From Balamuthia mandrillaris (lineage: Eukaryota), in contig JAVKOQ020000022.1 of the NCBI GenBank assembly GCA_031835245.2, forward strand, positions 186,001-250,000: a stretch of DNA of 64,000 nucleotides, read 5' to 3'. The notes under the pieces are model-generated. The model was given only the letters and a program-made list of their open reading frames with translations, was not told the DNA's origin and searched no databases. The position numbers and the translations under genes were made by a program. Positions 23,595-36,047 of the stretch are shown here, piece by piece (within the stretch, counting starts at the first letter, position 1; the number at the start of each line of letters is the position of its first letter).

Positions 23595-24731
23595 TACTGC
23601 AGCATTCGGCCAATATGAGACCCACAGTTCTCCATTGTTGAATGAAAACAATCGCTACAGCAACATAAACAGCTGCAAAAAGGATCAAGAAACCATTGTA
23701 CACTTTCATATCCTTTGGCGAAGCCACCGCCCGCATAAACGCTTCCGAAACTCCTGCGAAGAAATTACAAGCGAAAAGAGAGAGAGGGAGAGAAAGAGAA
23801 AAATAACAAAGATAAGAAACTAAGAATTATAGAAAATGGTATAAGAAATGAACAAAGTACCGTTCAGAGCCATGAATGCAACGTAGATGCAGTACCACCC
23901 AAGAATATAGGGGGCTTCAGAAACGCTGTATTTTTTCGTATATAGGCGATCCAACAGCGTGAAGGAGTAATTGGGGCCAAAAGAAATAAATAAAAGTCCT
24001 AATAACCAGGTTGTCAGTTCGTATTACCAACGAAACATTTCCAATACACATAAAAGCATACCTATGAGCAACATAAGTTTTAGGACAAGAGTAAGAACTT
24101 CACTCGATTTGCGAAGCCCTAATGTTTTGTGCTGACTAAACAATGCAGCACTTACTTGCTCCACTGGTAAGAAGATGAAACGAGCCGCCAACGATCCTGT
24201 TGTGTTTATATACGATGTTATGTCAGAGAAAAAGAAAAGAGGATGAAGAAGAGGAAGAAGAACAAGGCCAAGAAAGACACAAAAAGAAGTAAGAAGAAAG
24301 AACATGGAGAAGCTTACCCAAATTGTTAACTAAAGAAAAGAGACCCTGATTGACGAGAGACATAGTATACTTGATCAAATGTTTTTGTCCTTCAGTAAGA
24401 ACGTACATCTCTAACGACTGCCACAGAAAATGTACCCACAAAACAATCGATTCCCGTTGTGTCCACCTGTTACGTTAGTTTTCGTTTCGCTGTTAGTCGC
24501 TTTCACTTTCTCTCGCTCAAGCAAATACAAACCGTAATGGATGAACAAAACGTGGGAACATCTCGTTAAAGGAAGAGAGAGGAAAGGTTTGGTATTCAGG
24601 ATGTTGCAAGAGGATAGTAACGAAGAAGTAAAGATAGTAGCCTATGGTGATAGTCAACGAATAAAACAGCCATGAAAAAGCAAAAGATAGTGCTCCTGGT
24701 TTTGACAATAAAATAAATGGGCAAATAGTTT

Positions 24732-24787
<56 letters not shown>

Positions 24788-26017
24788 ATACCTAAGTGAG
24801 GAAAGAAGAAAGCGAGACAAAAGTTGGTTATACAACGAATAAATGTGGCCAAAGATTCGATAGTCACACGAGGGCCATAGATGTGATGCCGCAAAGTGAG
24901 AATGTACAACGGTTCTGAGAGAAGTTCTATGAATGCGGCCAGTGCTGTGTATTCAGCAACAAAAGAGATCAGAAGCATTCATTAGTTTGATGGAGAGAAG
25001 AAGAACAGAGAGAGAGAGAGAGAGAGAGAGAGAAGGGAACAGAGAAGAGCGGGAGAAAGCTGGGGGAACAAACCAGTAATGAGCATTACAGCGTGATAGT
25101 AAGGAAGACTGCGTTCCTCCTCAGAGGCTGAGGCAAAGGAAAACCCCAAAGTAGCGGCGGTGACAGCCATGCCCAACGGTACGCATAACCACGAAAGGTT
25201 CGTCACTTTCCACTCATTTTCTACCTCCCTTTTTGTTTGTTTTCAACTTCATAAGAAAAGAAGAAGAAGAAGAAGAAGAAGAAGAAGAAGAAGAAGAAGA
25301 AGAAGAAGAAGAAGAAGAAGAAGAAGAAGAAGAAGAAGAAGAAGAAGAAGAAGAAGAAGAAGAAGAAGAAGAAGAAGAAGAAGAAGAAGAAGAAGAAGAA
25401 GAAGAAGAAGAAGAAGAAGAACAAGAAGAAGAAGAAGAAGAAGAAGAAGAAGAAGAAGAAGAAGAAGAAGAAGAAGAAGAAGAAGAAGAAGAAGAAGAAG
25501 AAGAAGAAGAAGAAAAGAAAGAAGAAGAAGAAGAAGAAGAAGAAGAAGAAGAACAAGCAAAACAAGAACAAGAAGAAGAAGAAGAAGAAGAACAAGAACA
25601 AGAACAAGAACAAGAAGAACAAGAAGATTGTTAAGATTAGAATACTTTGGATCAGAGCGTTGGCACGTATTACGAAAGGCTTCTCTGGAGAGGAACAGCA
25701 CTGTGGTCACTAATAGTTCGAGTTGCACGGTTGCAAACTGTTGTGGTTCAGTGGAGCGAAAAAAGAAAGAAGAGAGAAGGGTGTGCACATACACCAAACA
25801 AAGAGGTGTCGAGGTGCCGAATGAGCAAAGTGTTGAGGACAAACGTCAACGCGTGTGTGAGCACATTGCGAACTGTGGTAGAATGCGAGAGAGATGAGTT
25901 TCTTTTCCGCATCATGAAAACGAACCCATTCTTTTTCCCTCAAGAGTCACCAAAAAACGTACAAATGAGATAGACTAGGCCCTGTACAGAACTGCCGAGC
26001 ACCCTGTGTGGCTCCAT
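22985..26017 (-). CDS. RFT1: RFT1 (Man5GlcNAc2-PP-dolichol translocation factor); multi-exon
   Basis: QLELLVTTVLFLSREAFR, IELLSEPLYIL, VLTEGQK, NQGLFSLVNNLGSLAARFIFLPVEQ, FGPNYS, MALNG..EAF, GLILA; stop TAA at 22985-22987. Confidence 0.9.
25258..25626. repeat. About 370-bp (GAA)n / sense (TTC)n microsatellite inside an RFT1 intron
   Basis: Near-perfect trinucleotide run, flanked by RFT1 exons. Confidence 0.97.
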
Positions 26018-26158
26018 CTCTCTTCTTCTTTCCGTCTCTTTCTCAGTTTATCGTTAATAATTTCGAAATCCTGTTTCCACTCATCGCGTCGTCACGAGAA
26101 AATCTCGTCCATGTCGACGTGAAAATTCAAACGATAATCGACGCCATTTATTGAATTT

Positions 26159-27598
26159 TTATTGCTCCGAAGTCGTTTTCTGTCGCAAAGAGCGAGCCTT
26201 TCCTCCTCCTCTTTGCTTTCGTCTCTTAAACAAGCCAGAAGCAGCTGCTCCTTCTTCTCCTTCTCCTTCTTTTTTCACCTCCTTTGGCTCGTCGTGAGCA
26301 ACTTCCTCGTCGGCTTCTCGTTCCAACTCATCCCAGTCTCTCTTCAATGATTTGCGTGGAGCCTCTTTGCTCTTCCACTCCAAAAAGTCGTCCGCTTCTT
26401 GTGGAACAGTTGTTGAAGTCTCTTCTTCTTCTTCGTCTTCTTCGTATTCTTCTCTTTCTACTGTAACCCACTTTCCGAATCCTGTCACTGGGTCCCGTTC
26501 AACTGTGTCCTCTTCCGCTTCAAATGCTGCTCCTTCTTGGTCTTGCTCTGCTCCTTCCGATGATTGTGCTTGTCCTTCTTTTTCCTGCGTTACTTCTTCG
26601 TTTGTCTCCTTTTTCACTTTTTCATTGCTCGTGCCTTCACCATTTACTTCACCAGTTTGTTGCTCTGTCTTTGGTTGTTGTGGCGGATATTGTTGCTGAT
26701 AGTAGTAAGCATAGTAAGGATCGGCAGCAGGAGTGGAAGAAGACGATGAGTAGTTTGCATAGTATTGTTGATAATAGTTATTATAGTAGCTGCTAGCATC
26801 ATAGTTGCCGTTATACGTTTGTTGTTGTGCGAGGGAAGCATCAGTCGTTGGTGGCGTTTGAGTTGTGTGATAAGAAGGATAAGAGGTGGCAGCTGCTTGA
26901 ATGACAGACTGTGTGGAAGTGGGAGAGGAACGAGAGCGACCGCCTCGCGCGGTGGAGGAGGCCGCAAGAACAGTGGACGCATTGGCATAGCCTTTGTTTA
27001 TGTCCTCAAAGTATTGCTTCTCCGCAGCCTTTCATGTGAGAGTAACGAGTGAAGAAGCGTGTATGTGAGGAAAGAGGGTGAGAAGAGTAAGTGAAAGTAA
27101 AAGAGAAACCAATGGAAATGAGAGTGAGAGATAGCAAAGAAAACAGCGAAGAGCTGAGTGAGAGAGAGGGAAGAAGAGGAAGAGACTTGAGAGTGAAAAT
27201 AATGAGGCGATAAGAGAGGTTACCTGTTTAATCTGCTCGAGCTCGTTTAACACTTCCTTCTCTTTCTCGGCATCCTCTTTCTTTTTCTGTTTGAGGGCAT
27301 TCATGTGCTCTTTCACGTTTTGTTTGTGCCTGTTGCCATTCTCATGGGCTTCTCTGTTCTTCACAAAAAAAAAAGAAAACATTAGAGAGAGAGAAACCAA
27401 AGCCACTGCATTGATACCACTCCCTGACCAGCCACTTACGTTCTTCTTGTCAGTGATCCATGTGTTGCAATACTTGCAGTAATAACGAGGCGTGGACACC
27501 CAATATTCGGTCCTTTTTGTTTGTTGGTTGAGAAAAAAGTAGTGGTGTCAGCAGCACCAAGTTTAGATCTAAAGAGCAAGGTCAGCATGTACGCACAT
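26159..27598 (-). CDS. WBP4/ZOP1-type U1/matrin C2H2 zinc-finger splicing protein; multi-exon
   Basis: M|TEYWVSTPRYYCKYCNTWITDKKN|NREAHENGNRHKQNV; Tyr-rich middle; C-terminal GFGKWVTV and LFKRRK. No WW domain recognised. Confidence 0.85.
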
Positions 27599-27669
27599 TC
27601 TTGTCCCTTCTTTCAGCGTCCGTTGCGCTCTGCCCTTTTTCTTTTCTCTTTCTTTTCAGGGGCATCCTG

Positions 27670-27735
27670 TGACGTCGGTTCGACGCCGAAAAGAAACAGT
27701 TTTATTGTTGAGAAAGTAATTGCCGGTTCGACGCC
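27670..27735 (+). promoter_or_regulatory. Bidirectional promoter containing two copies of CGGTTCGACGCC (B-box-like) and a TGACGT motif
   Basis: GGTTCGACGCC at 27677-27687 and 27725-27735, within the 180-bp gap between divergent starts at 27598 and 27779. Confidence 0.4.
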
Positions 27736-27778
27736 AAAGGGCAACACTTTTGTTTTTCACACAAAAAAAAAAAGGGAA

Positions 27779-30772
27779 ATGAAAGTGGTGGCGTTGGTGA
27801 GCGGTGGCAAGGATAGCTGCTATAACATGGTGCAGTGCGAGCAGTACGGTCATGAGATCGTCGCTTTGGCGAACCTTCGTCCTCCACAAGTCCCATCGCA
27901 CACCACATCAGCGGCGCAATCCTCCGAAGGTATTCTTTTTTTTTTTGTCTTTAATCAATCGCTCAACAAAAGTTTATCAATCCAGATGAGTTGGACAGTT
28001 TTATGTTTCAAACGGTGGGGCACAATGTGTTGGATGCCTACGCGGAGTGTATGGGCGTTCCGCTGTTTCGCGGGGAGATCCGCGGCTCTGCGCTGCAACA
28101 GTCGCTGCAGTACGAGCGAAAGGAGGAGGGAAAGAGGGAGGAGGCCGACGAAGTGGAGAGTCTCTACTGGTTGTTGCGGCGAGTGAAGGAGGCCATTCCC
28201 TCCGTGCAAGCCGTTTCCTCTGGTGCCATTCTCAGTGACTATCAGCGGTATCGCGTTGAGAATGTGTACGTCTCTTGTTCTCCTTCTTATTCTTCTTTCT
28301 TCTTGTTCGTCTTGTTCTTCTTCTTCTCCTCCTCCTCCTTCTCCTGCTTCTTCTTCTTCTTCTTCTTCTTCTTCTTCTTCTTCTTCTTCTTCTCCTCCTT
28401 CTTCTTCTCCTCCTCCTTCTTCTTCTTCTTCTTCTTCTTCTTCTTCTTCTTCTTCTTCTTCATCCTCTTCTTCTTCTTCTTCTTCTTCTTCTTCTTCTTC
28501 TTCTTCTTCTTCTTCTTCTTCTTCATCCTCTTCTTCGTCGTTAACATAATGTTTTAAAAGTTGTGCCAGGTTAGGTTTAGTGTCGCTTGCCTATCTATGG
28601 AGGAGGGACCAAGAGACTCTCCTTCAAGAAATGATCGCCCAACCCATAGATGCTATTCTCATCAAAGTGGCAGCGATGGGGTTGCACCCGGATAAACACT
28701 TGGGCAAGTCCATCACCGCTCTCTATCCTTATCTGTGCAAGCTGGTATCGTTTTCTTCTTGTCTTTGTTTTCTCTTTGCAGTCTCTTTTCTTTGTTTTTT
28801 TTTATGCCTTTTTTGTTTGTTTGTTCGTTTGTTTTCGCTTTCTTTACTTAAACATATTAACGAGAATAGAAAAATATGTACGGCTGTAACGTCTGTGGTG
28901 AAGGAGGTGAGTACGAAACACTCACGTTGGATTGCCCTCTCTTCAAGAAAAAGATTGTCATGTCGGTTCTACTCTTTGCCTTTTCTTCTTGTTGTTTTTT
29001 GTTTCTCATCATTCGTATTATTATTGCTTTATAGAGATGAGATGCAAACTATCATCCACTCGGATGATGCCATTGCTCCGGTGGGTTACCTACGAATAAC
29101 TAAATATCACTTGGAAGAAAAAGAAAGAAATGCACCTCTTATGTCTTCAGAAGAAACTCAAGTTGCTACTGCCAAAATAGAAATGGTATCAACAACGGAA
29201 GAGCAAGAACAAGAAGAAAACGAAAACAAAGAGGAAAACAAGAAACGGATTGAAAGTGGAGAGCTGGATGATGCACTTTTGGCCAAGTTTAAGGAGAGCC
29301 ATTCTCACTTCTTCGTTGCAGGCCTTCAAGCCACAACAGATGAACACTCTTCATCCGTAACTAAACAAATGAATCAAGTTCTTTCATCTCTTCAAGGTAC
29401 ATTTTTTCTGCTTTAAACTGCTTACTTTTTTCTTTTCTTTTTTAAAATGTTTAAATGTCGTGTTTTCATTATCAGGAATATTGTTGGCAAAAGACTTAAG
29501 TATGGAGAATGTTGTCTTTGTATCGATGTATCTGCGGGATATTGCCGATTTTGCAGAGGCAAATGCTGTTTACAAGACTCACTTTGGGCTTTACAATCCT
29601 CCAAGCAGGTCTTTTGTTAATTTATTTTTTTCATTTTATTTTTCTCGTTCTTATTATTGGTATCGAGACAGATTATGTGTCCAACTGGATTTGAGCTCTA
29701 AAGCGATGATTGAAGTGATAGGAGTTAGGCCACATTCTTCCTCTACGAAAAGGTTTGGTCTTGTTCTCGTTAAGTTCCTCTGTTCCATAAAAAAACAACT
29801 TAAATCAAGTCACCTCCTTACAGAAATAAAGCACTACACGTGCAAAGCATTTCTCGGTGGGCAGCAGCTTGCATAGGACCCTACAGTCAAGCCTGCACTA
29901 TCAATGAGCGCCTCGCTCATCTCGCTGGACAAATTGGACTCGATCCTCCTACAATGCAACTAACTTCCTCAGATAGAGAAGATCTGTCCCTGGAGCAACG
30001 AGTAGAAGGACAAACAAAAATGGTATTGCATAACATAGCTCAAGTTTTGGCAGCTGTAAATTCCTCTCCAGATAAAGTTTTGTGGGCAAGCTGCTTTCTT
30101 ACGGATCTACAAGGAGGCAAAGCAATCGTCGAGAGGCTTTGGGATGAATGGCGATACAGCGAGAATGCTGAAGAAGGAGAACAAGAACGAAACTTCTCGT
30201 TTGCATTTTTGGAGGTGGGACAACTTCCGAGAGGAGCTGAAGTCGAAATTCAAGTCGTAACGCAAAAGCAAAAGAATGGAGATGATGACGATTATGAAAG
30301 AGGCGAAGGAAAATACTCACTTAAAGAAAGGAAGAGGTTGGCCAAAGTGGACGAGGGACGGCAACGTAGATTAGAATTTGTCTTATCGGATGATCGCCGT
30401 GCTGCTCTCGCTCGATTGTACGTGAATGATAGCCGACATTTGGGAGAGAGAATTCTGGAGATGGAACAGCAGCTTCGTAAACAATTTGCTATCAACCTTA
30501 CGGAAGACTCTTTGCAACTTCGACTCTATTTTGCACAACAGGAAGAAGATCAACTCAGCCAACAAAAAGGTGCTCCATCTTTCTTTCACGTTGTTGCTTC
30601 GTTCACTTAGCGTCTTCCTTGAATAGCCTTGATGGAAGATTTGTCTGTGTTGCCTTCTTCGCAAGTGACGTGGCTGCCCGTGAGGCGCATTGCCTCGATG
30701 GTGCCCTCCCCGCACGCCACCTCCACGTGGCAGTGTCTCTTGGAGTGTTCCTTCTTTTACGCCCCTTTTTGA
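27779..30772 (+). CDS. DPH6: Diphthine--ammonia ligase with C-terminal RidA/YjgF domains; multi-exon (3' end uncertain, 30772 or 30876)
   Basis: MKVVALVSGGKDSCYNM, DELDSFMFQTVGH, GAILSDYQRYRVENV, LAYLWRRDQ, VCGEGGEYETLTLDCPLF, PPSR, LHVQSISRWAAACIGPYSQA, LPRGAEVE. Confidence 0.95.
28306..28536. repeat. (CTT)n microsatellite inside a DPH6 intron
   Basis: Seen directly. Confidence 0.95.
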
Positions 30773-31260
30773 GTTTTGCAAAAGAAATGGCAAGGGATAA
30801 AAAGGGCAGCAAAAATAGTCCCTGCGCTTCCCTGCTACTTTCTGCGGAGAAAATCAATGTCGACAAGGACCAATGACGAACCAAACCATTGTTTTCTGTT
30901 TTGCGCGTTAGTCGAATAACTGTAAGCCCGCAAGGTAGACAAAACTTAGATACCACGTCACGCTATTCCCCTTTGTCTCAGCGGGAAAGTACATGACTCC
31001 TCAATACTTATGTCCACCCTGCGGCGCTACAGTCGAATAACAAAAAAAACAAAAATATCAAGCAAAAAGAGATACAGCCCCACCCAGAATCGAACTGAGG
31101 GCGCGAGAACCAGAACCTCGCATGTTACCAACTACACCATGGGGCTTGGATGCCTCCGATTAAAAAAAATCTACCACAAAACTTTCATAACGCGCTCCTG
31201 CCTCTGGTCTCGCCGTGAAGTATCGCTGCTGGCACCCTAGGCTTGCCTCCAGGCGCTGCG

Positions 31261-32358
31261 ATGGAGGCTGCCGTTACTCCGCGTAGCAGCGGCGGTAAAG
31301 GGGTGTCTTCCTCTCCTCGGTCAGGCTCACCGCGCAACGTGGCGCGGAGGCGGTTGCGTCGACTGTACGGGGAGAGCGCCCTGACCACCCTTCGCCTGCT
31401 CTCCGTGCTGTCCCTCTGCGCCGTCCTCGCCACCCTTCTGCGGGTCTCCCTCACCCAGTTTCTGCGTTGGAGCGTCGGCCAAGCCTACCAAGGCGTGCTG
31501 CCGTCCAACCTCTTTGCGAATGTGTTGGGGTGTGTCATAATGGGCTTTCTAGCTCCCCAAAAGGGGCTTTCGCTTTGGAAGAGGTACTCTCCTGCCACTT
31601 GCCCATTAAACTTGATGATTTGCGTAGCAGAAACTGATTTGAGTTTGGCTCAGAGAAGGTTGGCTTTATGTAGCGATGACCTCAGGCTTTTGCGGAAGTC
31701 TGACGACGTTGTCCTCTTGGATGAAGGACGCGGTGGCTGCTTTGGGACGTGTGGAGGTTGTGCATTACTTGTTGCTCATCTTTCTTGAATTTTTTTCCAA
31801 CCTTTGTGCTTTCGCCTTTGGTACCGGTTTTTCTCCCTGTGTTCTCGCTTCTGTTCCCTCCTCTCGCTTTCTCTCTGTCTCGACCCCTCTCTTCTCTTTC
31901 TTTCTCGTTCTCTCTTTTAAAAGTGCACGAAAAGGATTGCATCTGTACAGCACCGTTACTGCTATTGGAACAAGAGCATCCACCTCCTTCCTGTCCAAAC
32001 GTTTCCAAGTGATTCATGACCATTCCGATTCTTCATCACATCAACAACAACAAGGAGTGGAGGAAGATGGAGAATACAGCGATGTCTCACTGGCAACCTC
32101 GGAACAAAACGAGGAAGCATCAACAGGCAAGCCATTAAAACGGCTGTTATGGACGGCCTCACTGCCAACTCTGCTCTTATCGCTGGCAGTTTTGACACTC
32201 AGTATATTGAGTGTAAGCCTTAAGAATTGGCGCTGGCTGATGTTTTCTGCTCTCTTTGCTCCATTTGGTATCCTTCTCATTCTTCTTGCTCTTGTGCTTT
32301 TCTTGTTCTTGTTGTTTGTGCTTCTTCTTCTTCTTGTTTTTCTTGTTCTTCTTCTTCT

Positions 32359-32397
<39 letters not shown>

Positions 32398-32840
32398 TCT
32401 TCTTCTTCCTCTTCCTGCTCATCTTCTTCTGCTATCTGATGTTCTACCTTTGACGTCTGTGTTTCCTCATCATTATCAACCGCGTTAAAAACTCAGGAGC
32501 CCTCTTGCGGTACTATCTCTCGCTCCTAAATGCCAATGAGCCTTATGCCAGCGGCTTCCCTCTTTTCACCTTCATCCCCAACTTGGCCGGCTGCCTCTTT
32601 GCCGCCGCCATGCACATCCTGGCCGCTAACAAAGGTTGGACGGATCGCTCTTCTCCCGGCGCCTACCTGGTGGAAGCTTCCATGATCGGCTTTTCGGGAT
32701 GTCTCACGACGGTGTCCACCTTCATGGCGGAGCTCATGCAGCCCCATCGCGCCCTCCTCCTGCGCTATCTCTACGGCGCTTGCACCGTGGGCATCGCGCA
32801 AGCGTTGCTGGTGTCGCTGTTTTGGACGTTTCTATGGTGA
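31261..32840 (+). CDS. FEX1: Fluoride exporter FEX (two Fluc/CrcB domains); multi-exon
   Basis: LFANVLGC, GFCGSLTTLSSW, FAPFG|ALLRY, IPNLAGC, GFSGCLTTVSTFMAEL. Confidence 0.9.
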
Positions 32841-33319
32841 TTGTTTCCATGGAAATAACCAAACGACAATTTGTCGACTTATTTGGTGTCTATGGAAACC
32901 GGATATTTCTTTAAAACGGAGAATAATTAACGGGGTGATCTTGCAGGATCGGATCCGATAGGTCGATAACAGGCGGTGGTGACGTGCGCGTTTGCTGCGG
33001 GGGACTCATTTGGGCAAAAGCATCTTGGCAAGCAAGAGACGGACTCATCCGGGCAACCCAGACCCTGAGGCTTCCAGGCAGAACGCCGAAAGCGAAAGAG
33101 AACCAGATAAGGAGCAACGCCGGCATCGGGAAACAGGTCGGGGGAGTAGAACGACCAACAACCAAGTTTTTTGCCTAATTGTTGAGCGGGGGAGGTTAGG
33201 ACTTTATTTTTTTGCTGGCTGTGTGGAAAGGGAGGCGTGCGCTTGTATCATCAACCAAACCAACAACCACAGCAAACCAAAAAGAAACGTTCTGTTGTCA
33301 AGAAACCATTCAATAGGAC

Positions 33320-35561
33320 ATGAAGAGGAAAGGAAGCCGAACCCTGGGAGAAATGCAACCTACCGGCAGCCCTCCTGGCCAAACTAAGCACCTGGAGAGC
33401 AGCAGCAGTATATCTGCCAACGGTCGCCGAGGTGGGTACAGAGGAAAGACCGGAGGCAGCCTCACAGCCCTGAAAGACAAAGAGAAGGGAAAAGAAAAGA
33501 ATGTGGACGAAGGGAGAAGAGAAACGTCGAGGCTTAGGCAGGAGGAAGAGGAAAAGGCAAAACTGGGCGAAGAAGAGGATGAGGAAGTAGAAGACGTCGA
33601 TGATGATGACGACGAGGAGGAGGACACCAACAAACGGGCTAAAAAATGGGAAACTCCAAAACCTCAAAGATTCAACGACGTCTCCATTTGCAGCATCGAG
33701 GTCATGGGGTGCAATGAGTTTGTGGAGAGCTGTCAGGATACGGAAAGCGCCTTCCAGAGGCTCAACGTCATCTTTAACCTTCTCGATGACACGCTCGCCT
33801 GCTTTCCTTCTCTTCAAAAGGTTTCCATGGGAGGAGGCAAGTATCTTGTCGTGGGAGGCCTCTCTCGAGCAATTCTTCATCCACAGTCAGCCGACGGACG
33901 GGAAGGAGAGGATGAGGACGAACCGATGAACAACTCTCTGCTTTCTCTGCGTTCCGCTCCGTTTGTTGGCCAGTTGAATAGTTACTCGGAGACCAACTTG
34001 ACGTTGCGGGTGAGAAGAGCCAAGATGAAAGCAAAGCGATTGAAGGAGGAGAGGATGCGTAAGGACGAGAAGGCGTTTCTGTTCCATCCAGAGGCCATCG
34101 CCACCTCCGTCTCTGCTGCCTCCACAGACAGAGGAAGAGCTGCCACTTATCCCGCCTTCTTTCAGCCTTACTCAGAGTGGCGCAAGTCCGCTCCGTTGCC
34201 ATCCTTTCCAGAAGAGTACGCCTTTCCATTTTGCTTCTTTATCTTTTGTCTTTCTCTCCTTATGATTTCTCTCTTATTCTTCTACTTCTATATCACCAGC
34301 AACAGAGATCCAAAAGATTCATTTGGCCAGCTGATTCTGCCATCAAGTACCTTGTATAGCCTTATCGAAGAGGATGAAGAGTATTCCTCGATAGGTGACA
34401 AGGGGCGCGCCTTATCCTCCTCTGCAAGCCAAGCAGCCTTTGAAGCAGCTATCTCCTCTCCCATCGAACCATGGATGAGCAACACTTCAACGTCTACCGC
34501 GACAAAGAAGATAACTCCTAGCTTCTCCTCCTCCAAGCTTGCCTTTGGCAAGAAAGCGTCCTTTTCTTCTTCTCCCAAAGAGATACGAATGCACAGAACT
34601 GATTCAGCAGCGAGAAGAATCAGAGAGGAAGAAGAGAAGTTGGGGCAATTGCAACGGCTGAAGAAAGCAGCCGAGAAGAAACGAAGAGCGGAGAGAAGAA
34701 GACTTCAGTTGCTTGCTGCTTCTCCTCCCAAAGCGAGACCGCCCCAACAAAGAATACTCACGCGAAGACGTTCGCGCTCCAACGAAAGTCCTTCTGACAA
34801 TATGAAGAATAGCAGAGAGCCTCTTGGAGAGCAGCAAGCAGAGTTTGAGCAACAAAGCAGACAACAGGCAAAAGAGATGATGGCTTCATTTGCGTTGACG
34901 TTGAAAGGCAGGCTCAAGTCTGTCATGACGGCATTTGCGATGCAGATGAAAAGAGAGAGTTCAGAGCAAACAACATTCTCTCTTTCCACGTCCGGAAGTC
35001 ATTTGGTTAGTCAGCGACGAAAACCATGCTCACTGTCAAATACTGCTTCTCCTGAATCTTCTTCTCCTTTTCCTTTTCCTTCTTCTTCGTCGAGCCCTTC
35101 TTGTTCTTCGGGTACTAAGTGCATAGTCTTTGGACTGCGGCTTGGTATACATTCTGGCTCAGTCATTGTTGGCACTCTTGGGTACAAAATCTTCTCCCTC
35201 TCGTCTTTCGATTTCGTTCTCATTCTGGCATGCAAAAAGGCCCACAAGACTTTTGCCACGAACCTCAGTGGAAGTGTATGGCGATGCTGTGCGTCGAGTG
35301 GATTGCTTGCGTGAGTCTTGTGGGGTTGGTCGCATCTTGGTCAGCGAAGAGGTGCGTGATTGCCTTTCAAGAAAGTTCCGATTCGCTTCTTGTTCCTCTT
35401 CTCCTTCTCCTTCTTCTTCTTCTTCTCCGGAGCAGTCTCCCTCTTCACCATCACCGCTGTCACCATCACCAGCACAAAAGAGTGCAATGGCCACAAGCGG
35501 GCCATGGTACTTGGAAGGCTTTCAACGAAGAGGAAAACGAACGAGTGCCAACAAAGTGTAA
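33320..35561 (+). CDS. Degenerate class III adenylyl/guanylyl cyclase-like protein with a large low-complexity insertion
   Basis: N-half RFNDVSICSIEVMGC...LNVIFNLLD...LQKVSMGGGKYLVVGGL; C-half LRLGIHSGSVIVGTLG|...EVYGDAV...GRILVSEEV. Confidence 0.75.
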
Positions 35562-36047
35562 ATAGCTTTTTATGTGGTATTTTTTTGCTATTTTGTGAGT
35601 AAGTTTTTAAATGAGAACGTAAAGCAAAAAAAAAAGTGATTTGTTGTTGAAGCCATCTGCAGAGATTAGAAAGAGTACCTCGTACAATGGCTGTTCATTC
35701 GTTTTGGCCAGGAGGGTGTGGACGCTGAATGGGGGCGGAGGAAATGTCGTGAAAGAGGGAGTGCCATGCTTGGAGGAACGTTTGGTTCGACTCCACCAAG
35801 AGAGAAAGCTCATCCACCTTTGCTTTGTTGGCCGCCACCGAATGTTGAAGCAGCGCAAGCGTAGTGGCTAGCTGTTATGCATGTTTGTTTACAACGTCAA
35901 ACAGAAGTGGATAAATAAAATGAGAGGAAGTTGCTTTCTGCTTTACCGCTTGTGCTTGCAACCGCAACGTTCGCGTGAGATCCTCCTCCTTCGGCGCTTC
36001 TTCATCTTCCATTTTCTTTTATTTTGTTGTTGCGATCGGAAAAATTC

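Noticed and set aside
25160..25897. Poly-Arg/Glu/Phe/Leu ORFs
   Set aside because: Translations of the intronic (GAA)n tract in RFT1; the same applies to 28223-28557 and 63089-63865.
27660..27740. tRNA gene suggested by GGTTCGA
   Set aside because: No acceptor, D or anticodon stems could be folded around either copy.
29300..30270. DPH6-RidA fusion as a novelty
   Set aside because: The fusion is well known in fungal and plant Dph6.
35641..35871. Short ORF between the cyclase-like and LRR genes
   Set aside because: No ATG-initiated frame of convincing length and no motif.
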